Shown: positions 1-10,512, numbered from the stretch's first letter. The stretch: DNA of 64,000 bases from Candidatus Delongbacteria bacterium (GCA_963663545.1 OY760505.1:1184001-1248000); one strand, 5' to 3'. Notes: generated from the letters alone by a model not told the origin. Translations and numbers: made by a program.

Positions 1-2
1 TG

Positions 3-305
3 CAGAATCTGGGCTACGATGTCATCACTTTCGGCTCAGGACGTGAAGCCGTGGAATACTACCGTTCCGACGGTCAGTCGGTGGACGCCGTCATTCTGGA
101 CGTGATCATGCCGGACATGAACGGCATCGAGGTCTACGAGGAACTGCGCGCCATTCGTCAGGATGTGAAGATCATGATCTGTTCGGGCTACACCCAGAGC
201 CAGCGGCAGTCGATTCTGGATCTGCCGGGCATCCACGGCTTCCTGGAAAAACCCTTCACCATCGATAGCCTGGACAACAGCCTGCGGACCTTGCTTGGCA
301 GGTAG
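3..305 (+). CDS. C-terminal receiver domain (5'-truncated; probably the end of a hybrid histidine kinase or a response regulator)
   Basis: Frame is open from the window edge: LGYDVITFGSGREAV...VILDVIMPDMNG...CSGY...FLEKPF, a canonical REC domain. Confidence 0.85.
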   Translation, partial: QNLGYDVITFGSGREAVEYYRSDGQSVDAVILDVIMPDMNGIEVYEELRAIRQDVKIMICSGYTQSQRQSILDLPGIHGFLEKPFTIDSLDNSLRTLLGR

Positions 306-314
306 CTCCTCTTA

Positions 315-398
315 ATCGGTATCGCTATCGGTATCGGTGTCGCTATTGGTATCGGTATCGGTATCGCTGCCGACACTGTGTGTCGGATCGGTATCGAG
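315..398. repeat. Tandem hexamer array (ATCGST)n with internal hairpin
   Basis: Nine units ATCGGT/ATCGCT/GTCGCT/ATTGGT (315-368), hairpin CCGACAC-TGT-GTGTCGG (370-386), then ATCGGT ATCGAG. Confidence 0.9.
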
Positions 399-565
399 GC
401 CCACGCATTCAGCCAACCAAGCGGGCCCCGGCTCGCTTTTCTTCTTGCTCCCTGTCCAGTGGTAAAAGGCCTACTTGCCATTGATCCAAGAATTCCTTCT
501 ACCTCCCTGCTGCGATCGTTACTTTCCCCGTGTCACAGAAGCAACTCAGCCGCTTAGAGGATATC

Positions 566-1561
566 ATGCGCAGACTACTTCCGGTGATACAACTGCTACT
601 GCTCCTTGCCAGCGCGTTACGGGCGGAGGTGAGGCAAGTGGCAAGGATCGACTTCATCCCCCTAGTAGACCTGCCTCGCACAATCAGTTTACAACGCATG
701 CTCCGTGTCGCAAGTGGCTACAACCTTGCCGTGCTTGCCGATGTGGATGAAGAACGTGGCACACTCTCCTTCTTCCATGTGATACAATGTGATGAAGACC
801 TGGCAACCCTGACTGGCTTGATCCAGGATGATACAAATGCCCCGGCACAGGAGCTTCGTCCGGCGAGGCCGGACGCCTCCCGTTTGTGCTTCATTCGATT
901 TGAGAAGGGCACTACTCGCACTGCGCGAGTCTGGATCTACTGGGGCCACTACTTCCCGGAGTATGATGCTGTCGGTTATAGTACGGAACGACGGACTCCC
1001 TTCATGCACCCCGAAAGCGCCGATACGTTGCTGGTTCACCTCCGGCCTCGGTTCTGCGGATACTCGCTGACAATTCTGGATCAACTTCTGGGCGGCAAGT
1101 GGTCGGACGAACCCTATTTCCCTCAAGATCAAGTGTACTTCGGTCTGCGAATCTACCCTGTTGATCCGTGTTACACACGTCAGGAATACGATCGCCACAG
1201 CAATGTTGACATAGACTACGTCATCCCCATGCCGCCTATGCCGATTGGCGGTGAAGCTTCGATCATGAAGAACCTGCACTACCCGTGCGCAGCCTTTGAA
1301 GCCGGCATTGACGGGAAAGCGTTGATTTTCTTTGTCGTTTGTCGTGATGGTCGTGTGACAAACCCGCAGATTATGGCGGAGACCCCTAAGGACCAGGGTT
1401 TCGGCGAAGCCGCTGTGGCTGCCCTTTCCGCTTGCAGGTATTCGCTGAGACTGGAACTCCCGCTCGCCGAAAGTATGACCCAGGTGGTCAAGTTCAATCA
1501 CACGGAGTTCGACGCGAATGGTCGCTGGATTGGACAACAGTCGGGGGCGAGTTCACACTAA
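566..1561 (+). CDS. Exported protein with C-terminal TonB-like domain
   Basis: Signal-like MRRLLPVIQLLLLLASALRA; C-terminus PIGGEASIMKNLHYPCAAFEAGIDGKALIFFVVCRDGRV...GFGEAAVAAL matches TonB_C. ORF track start 530 is an alternative. Confidence 0.7.
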   Translation: MRRLLPVIQLLLLLASALRAEVRQVARIDFIPLVDLPRTISLQRMLRVASGYNLAVLADVDEERGTLSFFHVIQCDEDLATLTGLIQDDTNAPAQELRPARPDASRLCFIRFEKGTTRTARVWIYWGHYFPEYDAVGYSTERRTPFMHPESADTLLVHLRPRFCGYSLTILDQLLGGKWSDEPYFPQDQVYFGLRIYPVDPCYTRQEYDRHSNVDIDYVIPMPPMPIGGEASIMKNLHYPCAAFEAGIDGKALIFFVVCRDGRVTNPQIMAETPKDQGFGEAAVAALSACRYSLRLELPLAESMTQVVKFNHTEFDANGRWIGQQSGASSH

Positions 1562-1640
1562 GGAAGAAAGAAGCTCGCCAGCTTAAAGAGCCTGCTACGA
1601 TTGCGGCTCCGAAATCGATACTGGTATCGGCACCTAACAT

Positions 1641-1669
1641 AAGAGCCCCGCATCACTGCGGGGCTCTTT
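1641..1669. terminator. Probable bidirectional intrinsic terminator
   Basis: AAGAGCCCCGCA-TCAC-TGCGGGGCTCTT between convergent tonB-like and lon genes. Confidence 0.8.
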
Positions 1670-1691
1670 GCTCATGCAACACGTGGCTGTG

Positions 1692-4049
1692 TCACGCCGA
1701 CTTCTTGGCCTGTTTCACCAAGGCGTGCTTCAGCACCTCGTCGATGTGACTCACCAGAATAATGTTCAGGCCGTTGCGGATCTCGGCCGGAATGTCTTCC
1801 AAATCCTTCTTGTTGTCCGCTGGCGCCAGCACCGTCTTGATGCCAGCGCGATGGGCGGCCATCACCTTTTCGCGCAGACCGCCAATTTGCATCACTTTGC
1901 CGCGCAGACTGATCTCGCCGGTCATGGCCAGATCGTGACGCACGGGTCGACCGCTCAGCAGTGATACGAGACAGGTGACCATGGTGATACCCGCCGAAGG
2001 GCCGTCCTTGGGCGTGGCGCCTTCGGGTAGATGCACGTGAATGTCGGTGTTCTTGTGGAAGTCCTCGGGCAGCCCCAATTCGGCCCAATGCGCGCGCAGG
2101 TAGCTGCGGGCAATCTCACCGGACTCGCGCATCACGTCGCCCAGCTGACCCGTCAGACGCAGCTGGCCAGTACCGGGCATGGTGGTGCTTTCGATGAAGA
2201 GCAGCACGCCGCCGACCGCTGTCCAGGCCAATCCCGTAGCAATGCCCACCTCTGGATGGCGGTTGGCGACTTCCGGCAGAATACGGCTGCTGCCCAGCAG
2301 ATCGCGTGCTACATTCGCGCTGACGGACACCTTCGTCTTGAGGCCGTCCTCCGCCACCTGACGCGCCACCTTGCGTGCGACAGCGCCGATGCGCTGCTCC
2401 AGCCGGCGCACACCGGCCTCGCGCGTGTACTCGTCAATGATTGTGCGCAAGCCTGCTGCAGAGAAGGCAAGCTGCTTCTTGTTGAGGCCGTTGTCCTTCA
2501 CCTGGCGCGGCACCAGATAACGCGTGGCGATCTCCAGCTTCTCGTTGGGTAGATAGCCCGGCAGACTGATCACTTCCATGCGATCACGCAGCGGCCCCGG
2601 CACGCGGTCCATCTGGTTGGCGGTGGCGATAAAGAGTACCTGGCTCAAATCGACTTTCAGATCGATGTAGTGATCCTGGAAGCTGTTGTTCTGCGCGGGA
2701 TCCAGCACTTCAAGCAGCGCGGCGGCGGGATCTCCTTTGACATCGGCGCCCAGCTTGTCGATTTCGTCCAGCATGAAAACAGGATTCAGGCTGTCGGCCT
2801 CGCGCAGTTTCTGGATGATGCGTCCCGGCATGGCGCCCACGTAGGTGCGGCGATGACCGCGGATCTCGCTCTCGTCGTGCACGCCGCCCAGCGCCAGTCG
2901 CGCAAAGGGACGCCCGAGGGCATCGGCAATGGATTTACCCAGGCTGGTCTTGCCCACTCCGGGAGGGCCGGTGAAGCAGAGGATCGGGCCGTGGCTGTCC
3001 TTGGTCAGCTTGCGCACGGCGAGGAACTCGAGAATGCGTTCCTTGATCTTCTCCAGTCCGTAGTGATCGCGATCCAGCACCTTGCGGGCGTAAGCGATAT
3101 CCGTCTCGGTGTCGTCACTGCGCCCCCAGGGGAAGTTCTGCAGCCAGTCAACGTAGCTGCGTGCTACACTGAACTCGCTGGTAGAGGGATTCATACGTCC
3201 CAGGCGGCGGATCTCGCGCTCGGCTGTATCACGCACATAATCGGGATAGCGTGTATCACCGAAGGAGGCGCGCAGCTCTTCCAACTCCACCTGCGCATCT
3301 TCTTCGTCACCCAGCTCGCGACGTATCACCTTGATCTGCTCGCGCAGGTAGTATTCCTTCTGGTTCTTGTCCATCGCCTTGGAAAGGTCACTCTGGATCT
3401 TTCGCGACAGCTCGGCCAGTTGCACCTCGCGGTTGATCATCTCCAGCAGCGCCTTCACGCGATCGGTATTGTCCAGCGCCGCCAGAATGATCTGACGATC
3501 CTCGATGCCAAAGTTGAGGTTGGCGCAGATCACATCAGCCAGACGGCCGCTTTCCTTGATGCTTCCCAGCGAGCCGCGCAGGTCGTCGTTGATCCAGCTG
3601 TTGAACTCGATGTACTTGTCCAGTGCGCGCAGCAGGGCCTTGCGGTATCCCTCGAGCTGAACGCTGGTGCGCTGATCATCGCCGACGCTCTCGACGTGTG
3701 CTACAAGGAAGGGATCGCGTGACACAATCTCGTTGAAACGCACACGGCCCACGCCCTGCAGCAACAGACCGACGCTGCCGTCGGGCACGCTGAACATGCG
3801 CAGAATCTGCACGGCAGTACCGACCTCGTAGAGGCGGTCTTCTTTTGTATCACGCTTGAGAAAAACGGCCAACATGCGATTGCCCGACAGCACGTGGTGG
3901 ATCATGCGCACCTGTTTCTGGTCGCTGACCACATAGGGCATGATGACTCCCGGCAACACAACGGCGTCGGTGATTGCCAGCAAAGGCAACTCGGGTGGGA
4001 CCGTGCCGCTGAACGGTTTGTCGACGATCTCAGGCATTTCGGTTCTCAT
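1692..4049 (-). CDS. lon: ATP-dependent Lon protease (LonA)
   Basis: N-terminal substrate domain, Walker [21 protein letters not shown], catalytic PKDGPSAG and IGGLREK. Confidence 0.98.
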   Translation of the reverse strand: MRTEMPEIVDKPFSGTVPPELPLLAITDAVVLPGVIMPYVVSDQKQVRMIHHVLSGNRMLAVFLKRDTKEDRLYEVGTAVQILRMFSVPDGSVGLLLQGVGRVRFNEIVSRDPFLVAHVESVGDDQRTSVQLEGYRKALLRALDKYIEFNSWINDDLRGSLGSIKESGRLADVICANLNFGIEDRQIILAALDNTDRVKALLEMINREVQLAELSRKIQSDLSKAMDKNQKEYYLREQIKVIRRELGDEEDAQVELEELRASFGDTRYPDYVRDTAEREIRRLGRMNPSTSEFSVARSYVDWLQNFPWGRSDDTETDIAYARKVLDRDHYGLEKIKERILEFLAVRKLTKDSHGPILCFTGPPGVGKTSLGKSIADALGRPFARLALGGVHDESEIRGHRRTYVGAMPGRIIQKLREADSLNPVFMLDEIDKLGADVKGDPAAALLEVLDPAQNNSFQDHYIDLKVDLSQVLFIATANQMDRVPGPLRDRMEVISLPGYLPNEKLEIATRYLVPRQVKDNGLNKKQLAFSAAGLRTIIDEYTREAGVRRLEQRIGAVARKVARQVAEDGLKTKVSVSANVARDLLGSSRILPEVANRHPEVGIATGLAWTAVGGVLLFIESTTMPGTGQLRLTGQLGDVMRESGEIARSYLRAHWAELGLPEDFHKNTDIHVHLPEGATPKDGPSAGITMVTCLVSLLSGRPVRHDLAMTGEISLRGKVMQIGGLREKVMAAHRAGIKTVLAPADNKKDLEDIPAEIRNGLNIILVSHIDEVLKHALVKQAKKSA

Positions 4050-4495
4050 TCCTCATCCCTTCCCTTCACGTTCAGCGTCACCTGCTTGTCCGGATTTCGT
4101 GGAATGCGGATGATCAGGAAGCCGTCGCTGTAGTTGGCCTCAATTCCTTCGGGATCCAGATCCGGCTGCATGGGAAAGCGCCGCTCGAAGGGGCCGAAGT
4201 TCAGTTCCATGTTGATGTACTGCTCTTTGTCCAGGTGCACGGGCTCGTGCCGCGTTCCGCGCAGAACCAACTCGTTGTCGGTCATGCCCAGCTGAATATC
4301 ATCGCGATGAATACCGGCCAGTCCGATAATGATGACCATGCGATTGCGCTCGAGTATCACATCGGCCGCAGGGCAGAACTCGCTACCTGCACCGCGCGAA
4401 GGATCCTGTCCCGAGAGCATGGTGCGAAAGCGCCGTTCGATCTCCGGATCCAATCCGCTGATGCTTTCCATTTGACGTCGATCTAGGAAGGACAT
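4046..4495 (-). CDS. Hsp20/alpha-crystallin small heat-shock protein
   Basis: P.ADV...ELVLRGTR...FGPFERRF...ANYSDGFLIIRIP; 4-bp overlap with the lon start. Confidence 0.92.
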   Translation of the reverse strand: MSFLDRRQMESISGLDPEIERRFRTMLSGQDPSRGAGSEFCPAADVILERNRMVIIIGLAGIHRDDIQLGMTDNELVLRGTRHEPVHLDKEQYINMELNFGPFERRFPMQPDLDPEGIEANYSDGFLIIRIPRNPDKQVTLNVKGRDEE

Positions 4496-4566
4496 GATGA
4501 CTCCCGTACCTCTTACATGGTCAATTCATCGGCTTTGTTCGAAGCGATCTTGATGTCGACTACGGC

Positions 4567-5541
4567 TCAGGAGCGCAGCAGCGGATTTCCCTGGAAGGCA
4601 AGAGTTCCAGCGGCCAGCGCAGGTGTGATACGCCTGGCCACGTGCTCCTGTCGACGGCGATCCGCCAGCAGAAGTGGTTGTTCAGCCTCCCTGTCGAGCC
4701 CCAAGCGACGGCACAGCGCCGGCAGTACACGGCGGCTCTCTTCCACCGCCACCTCCTGTGCCCACGCGCGTAACACACGGGCCAACAACTGCGCCTGCTC
4801 CTCCAGTGCCGGGGTGGGTCGTCCTGCAGCTTCCGCGAAAATCCAGGGGCGAAGGATGGCTCCGCGAGCCACCACCACGCCGCGCAGAAACGGAAACTGG
4901 CGCAATCGTTGCCGAATCTGCTCGGCTTCGACCAGATCACCGGCAGCCAGTAGCGCTGGTTCCATCTGTGTCACCGATTCCAGCAGCGACCAGTTCGCCG
5001 GACGCCGATAAGCATCCCGCACCGTCCGCAAGTGAAGCTGGACCCAATCTACACCGGCTGCGACCGCCCGCGCCAGCAAAATCGGCAGCTCTTGCTCTCC
5101 GCCTTCTGCAGCGCATCGAAAGCCCGCGCGCAGCTTTACACCAAGGGGAAGCGGCGTGGCAGCACGCATGGCCGCCAGGATGCTCTCGAAATGGGCCGGT
5201 TCACGCAATAGCGCACCACCCGCATCGCGCCGGAGTAGGGGCCCGGCGGGACAGGCAGCGTTGAGCTCCACACCGCCGAAGCCAAGCTCCTCCGTGCGGG
5301 CAGCGGCTTCAGCCATCACCTTGGGATCATTTCCGAACAGCTGCAGAATATCGTGACTTACTTCGCTGGCTTCGGCTCGACGCAGACTGCCCTGATTCCC
5401 GCGCAACAGACCCTCGGCATCCACCAAACCCGTGGCACAACCACCGGCCCCCTGCTCGACACAAATGCGCCGGAAAGTAGGCGTGGTCAGCGAGGCCATT
5501 GAGGCGAGCAATACGGGCGCAGTCCAGGCGGGGGTGCCCAT
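4567..5541 (-). CDS. tRNA-dihydrouridine synthase family protein (divergent)
   Basis: LASMAS, ILQLFGNDP, ELNAACP, GGALL, GVKLRAG, LHLRT and VARGA..PWIF match the Dus FMN barrel. Confidence 0.85.
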   Translation of the reverse strand: MGTPAWTAPVLLASMASLTTPTFRRICVEQGAGGCATGLVDAEGLLRGNQGSLRRAEASEVSHDILQLFGNDPKVMAEAAARTEELGFGGVELNAACPAGPLLRRDAGGALLREPAHFESILAAMRAATPLPLGVKLRAGFRCAAEGGEQELPILLARAVAAGVDWVQLHLRTVRDAYRRPANWSLLESVTQMEPALLAAGDLVEAEQIRQRLRQFPFLRGVVVARGAILRPWIFAEAAGRPTPALEEQAQLLARVLRAWAQEVAVEESRRVLPALCRRLGLDREAEQPLLLADRRRQEHVARRITPALAAGTLAFQGNPLLRS

Positions 5542-5543
5542 GA

Positions 5544-6434
5544 TCAGCAGAGGTGCTTGACCATGACGTGAACGCGCTGTCTCACGGTGTCCACGTGGTC
5601 GCCAAGGTCCTCCAGCACGGCGCCCTGCGGACGACGCTTCTGCAGCACCGTCCAGGCAGGCTCGTAACCCTGTGCGATGCTGATTTGCAGCTCCTCGCGT
5701 GTGCGCTCTTCACCACCGGCCAGCAGGTTGGCCATGCGAATGCAGGCGGCCATATCGGCGTATTGCGGATCAATGATCTTCTCGTGATGCAGGCGGATTC
5801 CAGCCAACAATGCTTCGGGGAGTTGCCAGCGCTCCGCAAGCAGGCCACCCACTTCGGCGTGGTCGATGCCCAGTAATTCGCGTTCCACCAGGTAGAGGGA
5901 TTGGCGTCGCGTGCGGGCGAGCTGCAGGCAATCGCTGAATTCGTTGTGAAAGTGCTGATCCAGAATGATCATGCCGACATCGTGCAACAGACCAGCGGTG
6001 AACTCGGCCCCGCCCAGCTGTAGCTCAAAACTGGCACTGAGCTTCTGGGCCACTTCCGCCGTCGTCAAGGCGTGGGACCAGAAGGCTTCGCTGTCGAGGT
6101 TGCCGCTCTGGAAGGAAGAGGCAAAACTGCGCATCACGCTGATGGTGGTCACCAGGCGCTGCACCTCGTTGGCGCCCAGCAGCACTAACGCGCGATCCAG
6201 AGTGGCGACTTGTCTCACGCGACCATAGGTGGCGCTGTTGGCCAGTTTCAGCACTCTGGCTGTCAGACTGGGGTCCTGCTGAATCAACTCCATCAGCTCT
6301 TGGGCACTGAAGCGATCTTCGGCCAGCAAACGCAGGATCTCGGTCACCACCTGCGGCAGGGAGGGCAGGCTTTGGAGCATGGCGATCTTCTCAAGAATGC
6401 GCGCGCGGCGCTCGTGTGGGGTGGCGGATGTCAT
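5544..6434 (-). CDS. HDOD domain protein
   Basis: LPSLP...DPSLTARVLKLANS...FWSH...AGLLHDVG...DHAEVG..LAERWQLP...HH; ATGA overlap with the upstream stop. Confidence 0.95.
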   Translation of the reverse strand: MTSATPHERRARILEKIAMLQSLPSLPQVVTEILRLLAEDRFSAQELMELIQQDPSLTARVLKLANSATYGRVRQVATLDRALVLLGANEVQRLVTTISVMRSFASSFQSGNLDSEAFWSHALTTAEVAQKLSASFELQLGGAEFTAGLLHDVGMIILDQHFHNEFSDCLQLARTRRQSLYLVERELLGIDHAEVGGLLAERWQLPEALLAGIRLHHEKIIDPQYADMAACIRMANLLAGGEERTREELQISIAQGYEPAWTVLQKRRPQGAVLEDLGDHVDTVRQRVHVMVKHLC

Positions 6435-7603
6435 GACTGCAACTCCAACTTGCGCAAACAATCTTCTACTTCACTCGCACGACAGGGTCGCGCCAGAAAT
6501 TCCACTTTTGGATGCCGGGCCACGGTCAGCATGCTGATGGCGGCATTGTGTCCTGCCATCATCACCACCGGCAGATCGGGCTGCTGTTGACGCATTTCAG
6601 AAAGCAGACGATAGCCGTTCATTCCGGGCATGTAGATGTCGCTAACCATCGCTTGTGGCGGATGGAGTCTGGCCCAGCCCAGCGCCTCTTTGCCATCGCG
6701 CGCCTGAAAGACTTCGTTGCCACGCCGCATAAGGCCAACCGCCAACGCTTCGCGCTCGGCGTCAACGTCTTCCACCAGCAGGATGCGTTGCCCCTTCTTG
6801 GCCGGTGTTCCACCATCGAACACACGCACCAACTTCGGGACCAGTCCTGGATCACGCGGTGATACATCTGGGATCATCATGCTGATTCCAAAGGGCGAGC
6901 GTTTCATTTCGCCTCCGCCAAGCAGCACAACGCGCAACTCAGGCAGCAAGCGCAGCAAGAGCTGCATGGCATCGGCGTGTATCACCAAGCCGGGTTCATC
7001 CACCAGTAGCAGATTCGGACGCCGGTCCACGACATCTTCATCATTGATCTGCTGTGGCAGCACAGTTCGCCATCCCTCCAGGGCCAGGTTGTGCTGCAGA
7101 CTCAGATTATCCTCGGATTGTCCCAATAGCAGCTGAGCGTGTAGTGACACACCGGCAGGAAAACGCAGAGCGGCCAGCTCACCGCCACTGGCATTCTGAC
7201 CCGGTGTTCCGCTGCCCTTGATCATCTGCGTCAGCAGATCCACGATCTGCGAGAACTCTGCATCACGCGAAAGCAGACGATGCGACGGCAGCAGGCTGAG
7301 TTCTGCTCTCTCCTTGGCACGCTCGTTCTCGTCAGCAGGATCGGCTGCACCAATCAGCACCAGTTGCCTTTCCCGTAGCGCGGGGACTTCTTCGGAACAC
7401 AGCAGATAGCCGACCAACAGCTCATTGCTCGCCTTGCGCAGGTCTAGGAGAAGGACGTCGGGCAGCCGCTTGCGGCATTCGTCAAGAACACCGATTCCAT
7501 TGTGATACACGCGAGTGGAAATACCCGGAATGCGATCGATTGCGTCAGCGGCTTCAATAGCCCACATCGAATCCGCACTCAACAGGAAGACCTGCTGCTC
7601 CAT
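6431..7603 (-). CDS. Multi-receiver-domain response regulator
   Basis: C-terminal REC (ILLVED...SDIYMPGMNG) plus degenerate N-terminal REC (PDVLLLDL); GGAGG RBS before ATG at 7603. Confidence 0.75.
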   Translation of the reverse strand: MEQQVFLLSADSMWAIEAADAIDRIPGISTRVYHNGIGVLDECRKRLPDVLLLDLRKASNELLVGYLLCSEEVPALRERQLVLIGAADPADENERAKERAELSLLPSHRLLSRDAEFSQIVDLLTQMIKGSGTPGQNASGGELAALRFPAGVSLHAQLLLGQSEDNLSLQHNLALEGWRTVLPQQINDEDVVDRRPNLLLVDEPGLVIHADAMQLLLRLLPELRVVLLGGGEMKRSPFGISMMIPDVSPRDPGLVPKLVRVFDGGTPAKKGQRILLVEDVDAEREALAVGLMRRGNEVFQARDGKEALGWARLHPPQAMVSDIYMPGMNGYRLLSEMRQQQPDLPVVMMAGHNAAISMLTVARHPKVEFLARPCRASEVEDCLRKLELQS

Positions 7604-7613
7604 GCTCCTCCCG

Positions 7614-9080
7614 TCAGCGGCTGCGCCAATCGGCGGCGTTGATCCCATACTTTTTCAGCTTGGCCTGCAGATTCTTGCGCGCCAACCCCAGCCTGCGTGC
7701 ACAGGCAGATACGTTTCCCTGCTCTTCAACAAGTACTTGCTGCAACAGCGAATACTCGAACTTGTCCTTGGCCTCTTCAAGAGTCTCACCGCTTCGCACG
7801 GGATGTTCAGCGACCCGTGTTGCAGAAACCGGTGATACAACGCTGCCACCTGATTGTGGCAAATCTGCAGGAAGGTGAACGTGTTTGAGCTCCCCGACTG
7901 AGCCGGTAAGCAGCAGACAACGTTCCAGCACATTTTCGAGTTCGCGAATATTGCCGGGCCAATCGTGCTGCATCAATCGTGACACAAAGGACTCATGTAA
8001 CACGGGCGCGGGGCGATCCAACTTGCGCGACAGCCGGGCGATGACGTAGCGTGACAACTCGGGAAGATCCTCCATCCGCTCGCGCAGAGGGGGAAGATGA
8101 ATCTCAAGCACGTTGATTCTGTAATACAAATCCTGCCGGAATTCGCCACGCTGCCGCGCCTCGGCAAGATCTCGGTTTGTCGCACAAATCAGGCGCACGT
8201 CGGCCTTCTGTGTCTGGTTCGATCCGAGAGGCTCGAACTCGCGCTCTTGTATCACGCGCAGCAGCTTACCCTGCATGGGCAGGCTTGTCTCGCCGATCTC
8301 GTCCAGAAAGAGCGTGCCGCCGGCAGCTGCTGCAAAGCGACCCTTCCGGTCCTCCATCGCACCGGTAAAGGCACCGCGCACATGGCCAAAAAGCTCGCTC
8401 TCCAGCAGGCTGTCGGGCAGCGCTGCCGCATTAACCTTGATAAAAGGGCCGTTGCGCCGCAGCGAGAAGCTGTGAATCAGCGCGGCCATCAGTTCCTTGC
8501 CGGTGCCACTTTCACCCGTAATCAGCACCGAAGAATTGGTTTCGGCAATGCGCGTAATGGTCAACTGCATCAGGTTGCGCATGTGCGGATTGCGACTGGC
8601 TGGATCGCCTCGCTCAAAGCGTGCCAGCATTTCTCGCAGAAGCTGCCCGCCTGAGTTCTGCAATTCCAGATCCTGGGCGAACTGCTCGATTTCACGAGCC
8701 AAGGCACGAAAGTCAACGGGTTTGGTGATGTAACCCAGCGCGCCCATGCGCATGGCGCTAACAGCGCTGTCGATGGTACCGTAACCGGTAATCAGCAGCA
8801 CGCGCGTTGCAGGATGATGGCTACTGACATGCTCGAGCAGCTGCATGCCGTTCATGCGCGGCATTTGAATATCGGACAGGATCAGGTGGTGATGATGCTT
8901 CTCCAGCAGGTCAACGCCTTCACGACCATCGCAGGCCACGTCCACTTGATGACCCAATTGCTGCAGGAGCTCGCTGACGACCTGGCGAATGGTAGGCTCG
9001 TCGTCAACGACCAGAATGCGCAGCGGCATTGTTGTGGGTGTGGAGTCTCCCTGTCCTTCCATAGACATCCATGTTAGCAT
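7614..9080 (-). CDS. Sigma54-dependent response regulator (NtrC/AtoC family enhancer-binding protein)
   Basis: REC (ILVVDDE...SDIQMP), GESGTGKE, ESELFGH, GAFTGA, WPGNIRELEN, C-terminal Fis-type HTH. Start uncertain (9029-9080). Confidence 0.97.
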   Translation of the reverse strand: MLTWMSMEGQGDSTPTTMPLRILVVDDEPTIRQVVSELLQQLGHQVDVACDGREGVDLLEKHHHHLILSDIQMPRMNGMQLLEHVSSHHPATRVLLITGYGTIDSAVSAMRMGALGYITKPVDFRALAREIEQFAQDLELQNSGGQLLREMLARFERGDPASRNPHMRNLMQLTITRIAETNSSVLITGESGTGKELMAALIHSFSLRRNGPFIKVNAAALPDSLLESELFGHVRGAFTGAMEDRKGRFAAAAGGTLFLDEIGETSLPMQGKLLRVIQEREFEPLGSNQTQKADVRLICATNRDLAEARQRGEFRQDLYYRINVLEIHLPPLRERMEDLPELSRYVIARLSRKLDRPAPVLHESFVSRLMQHDWPGNIRELENVLERCLLLTGSVGELKHVHLPADLPQSGGSVVSPVSATRVAEHPVRSGETLEEAKDKFEYSLLQQVLVEEQGNVSACARRLGLARKNLQAKLKKYGINAADWRSR

Positions 9081-9186
9081 TTCAGTGGACGCCGCTCTAC
9101 CACTTTTGGATCACAAGCCTGGATAAAGCACGCGTAACTGCGCCTGGACAGTCAAGGCGCCCCGCTCTGATTCCGATGATTCATTC

Positions 9187-9462
9187 ATGACGGTCAAGAT
9201 GTTCGCCTGGAACCCATACCGGTTCCACTGTTACGGGATTCCCGCTACCGAAAGCGGGGAGGCGGAAATCTATGTCGCCGATCTGTTCCCCGCCTGGATG
9301 CTTCCCGGATTGATTCTGCACGAACTGGTGGAATTGCGCACAGGCAGCCATCGGCTGGCCGTTGTTGCCGAGGTGCTCGCCTATCATTTGCTGTGGCCGC
9401 TGTATCACCTGGTGTACTTGTGGATCGTCTGGCGCTACCCGCTCTCGAACAAGCTCTTCTAG
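9187..9462 (+). CDS. Small hypothetical membrane protein
   Basis: 91-aa ORF filling the gap between the regulator and the J-domain gene; HELVE motif followed by a hydrophobic helix. Confidence 0.45.
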   Translation: MTVKMFAWNPYRFHCYGIPATESGEAEIYVADLFPAWMLPGLILHELVELRTGSHRLAVVAEVLAYHLLWPLYHLVYLWIVWRYPLSNKLF

Positions 9463-9501
9463 CGGAGATGTATCACCAAGCCTATGGCTGGCACTGCTGA
9501 A

Positions 9502-10428
9502 TCACTCCTGTTCGAGGATCTTGAGGGCCTTCTCCAGCAGTTTCAAGGCCTTGGCATTTTTAATGGGTGCCTCCTTTACGGTTAGCACGATAACCAGATC
9601 GCCGTCCTCGTTTTCGCCCGGCAATCCCAGCCCCCGCATGCGCAGACGCTGGCCGCTTTGTGCCCCCGGCTGAAGTTTCAGCTCGAGTGTGCGCCCATCG
9701 GGATGTAACACACGCGTGCTGCCCCCAAGTACAGCCCGCAAAGCGTGCACCTGCTGCTGTATCACGAGATCACTACCCTGTAGCACAACGCCCTGCGGCA
9801 ATTCGGCTTCGACAGTTAGAATCATGCGACCCGCGGGACCGCCGTGGGAGCCGGGCCGCCCCTTACCGGGAATGATCAACTCCTCGCCGGGTATCACAGA
9901 ATCGGGCATGTGCAGAATCAGCGGACGCTCCAGGTGATCCATCAGCACTTTCAGCGTGCCACCGCCGCGAAAACGGTTCAGCGGCAGGTGAATCGTGCGA
10001 TGCAGATCGCCCCCTGTCCTGGCGCGCGGTGGTTCGGAGGCCGGAGTGGGCCGGGGGGCGCGTGGTCGGCTGCGCCGTGTCTCAGCGTTGTCCTGCTGGG
10101 GCTTGCCCGTGTCGGCAGTCCGCGTCGGCCTGGCCTTACCGTTAGCGGCAGAGCTTCCTGCAGCGGAGGCTGGATCCTGATACACCGGGCGTGCGCGTCG
10201 CGTGTGACGGGAATAACCTTCATCGTAGAGTCTGCGCTTCGAAGGATCAACCAGCACTCGGTAAGCACTGTGAATACGCTCGAAGCGTCCGGCAGCATCT
10301 GGATCATCGGGATTGCGGTCTGGGTGATGCAGCTTCGCCAGCCGACGCCACGCAGCTTTGATCTCGGCTTCTGGCGCAAAGGCGGCCACTTCGAGTACCT
10401 GATAATAGTCGACGAATCCCTGCTTCAT
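9502..10428 (-). CDS. DnaJ-class co-chaperone without zinc finger (CbpA-like)
   Basis: DYYQVL...HHPDRN J domain; DnaJ_C (GKGRPG...GLGLP...GDL); no CxxCxGxG repeats. Confidence 0.9.
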   Translation of the reverse strand: MKQGFVDYYQVLEVAAFAPEAEIKAAWRRLAKLHHPDRNPDDPDAAGRFERIHSAYRVLVDPSKRRLYDEGYSRHTRRARPVYQDPASAAGSSAANGKARPTRTADTGKPQQDNAETRRSRPRAPRPTPASEPPRARTGGDLHRTIHLPLNRFRGGGTLKVLMDHLERPLILHMPDSVIPGEELIIPGKGRPGSHGGPAGRMILTVEAELPQGVVLQGSDLVIQQQVHALRAVLGGSTRVLHPDGRTLELKLQPGAQSGQRLRMRGLGLPGENEDGDLVIVLTVKEAPIKNAKALKLLEKALKILEQE

Positions 10429-10512
10429 ACCGTCCTGTATCGTCCTTTCAGGCTAGCGGACTGAAATAGGCTCAGATTTTGACAGCAATCTATGTGACAG
10501 TTTTTCTGGACA

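Noticed and set aside
315..398. Repeat array as CRISPR or as the IPIPI-rich ORF 188-481
   Set aside because: Units are 6 bp with no spacers and no cas genes; the ORF is a by-product of the repeat.
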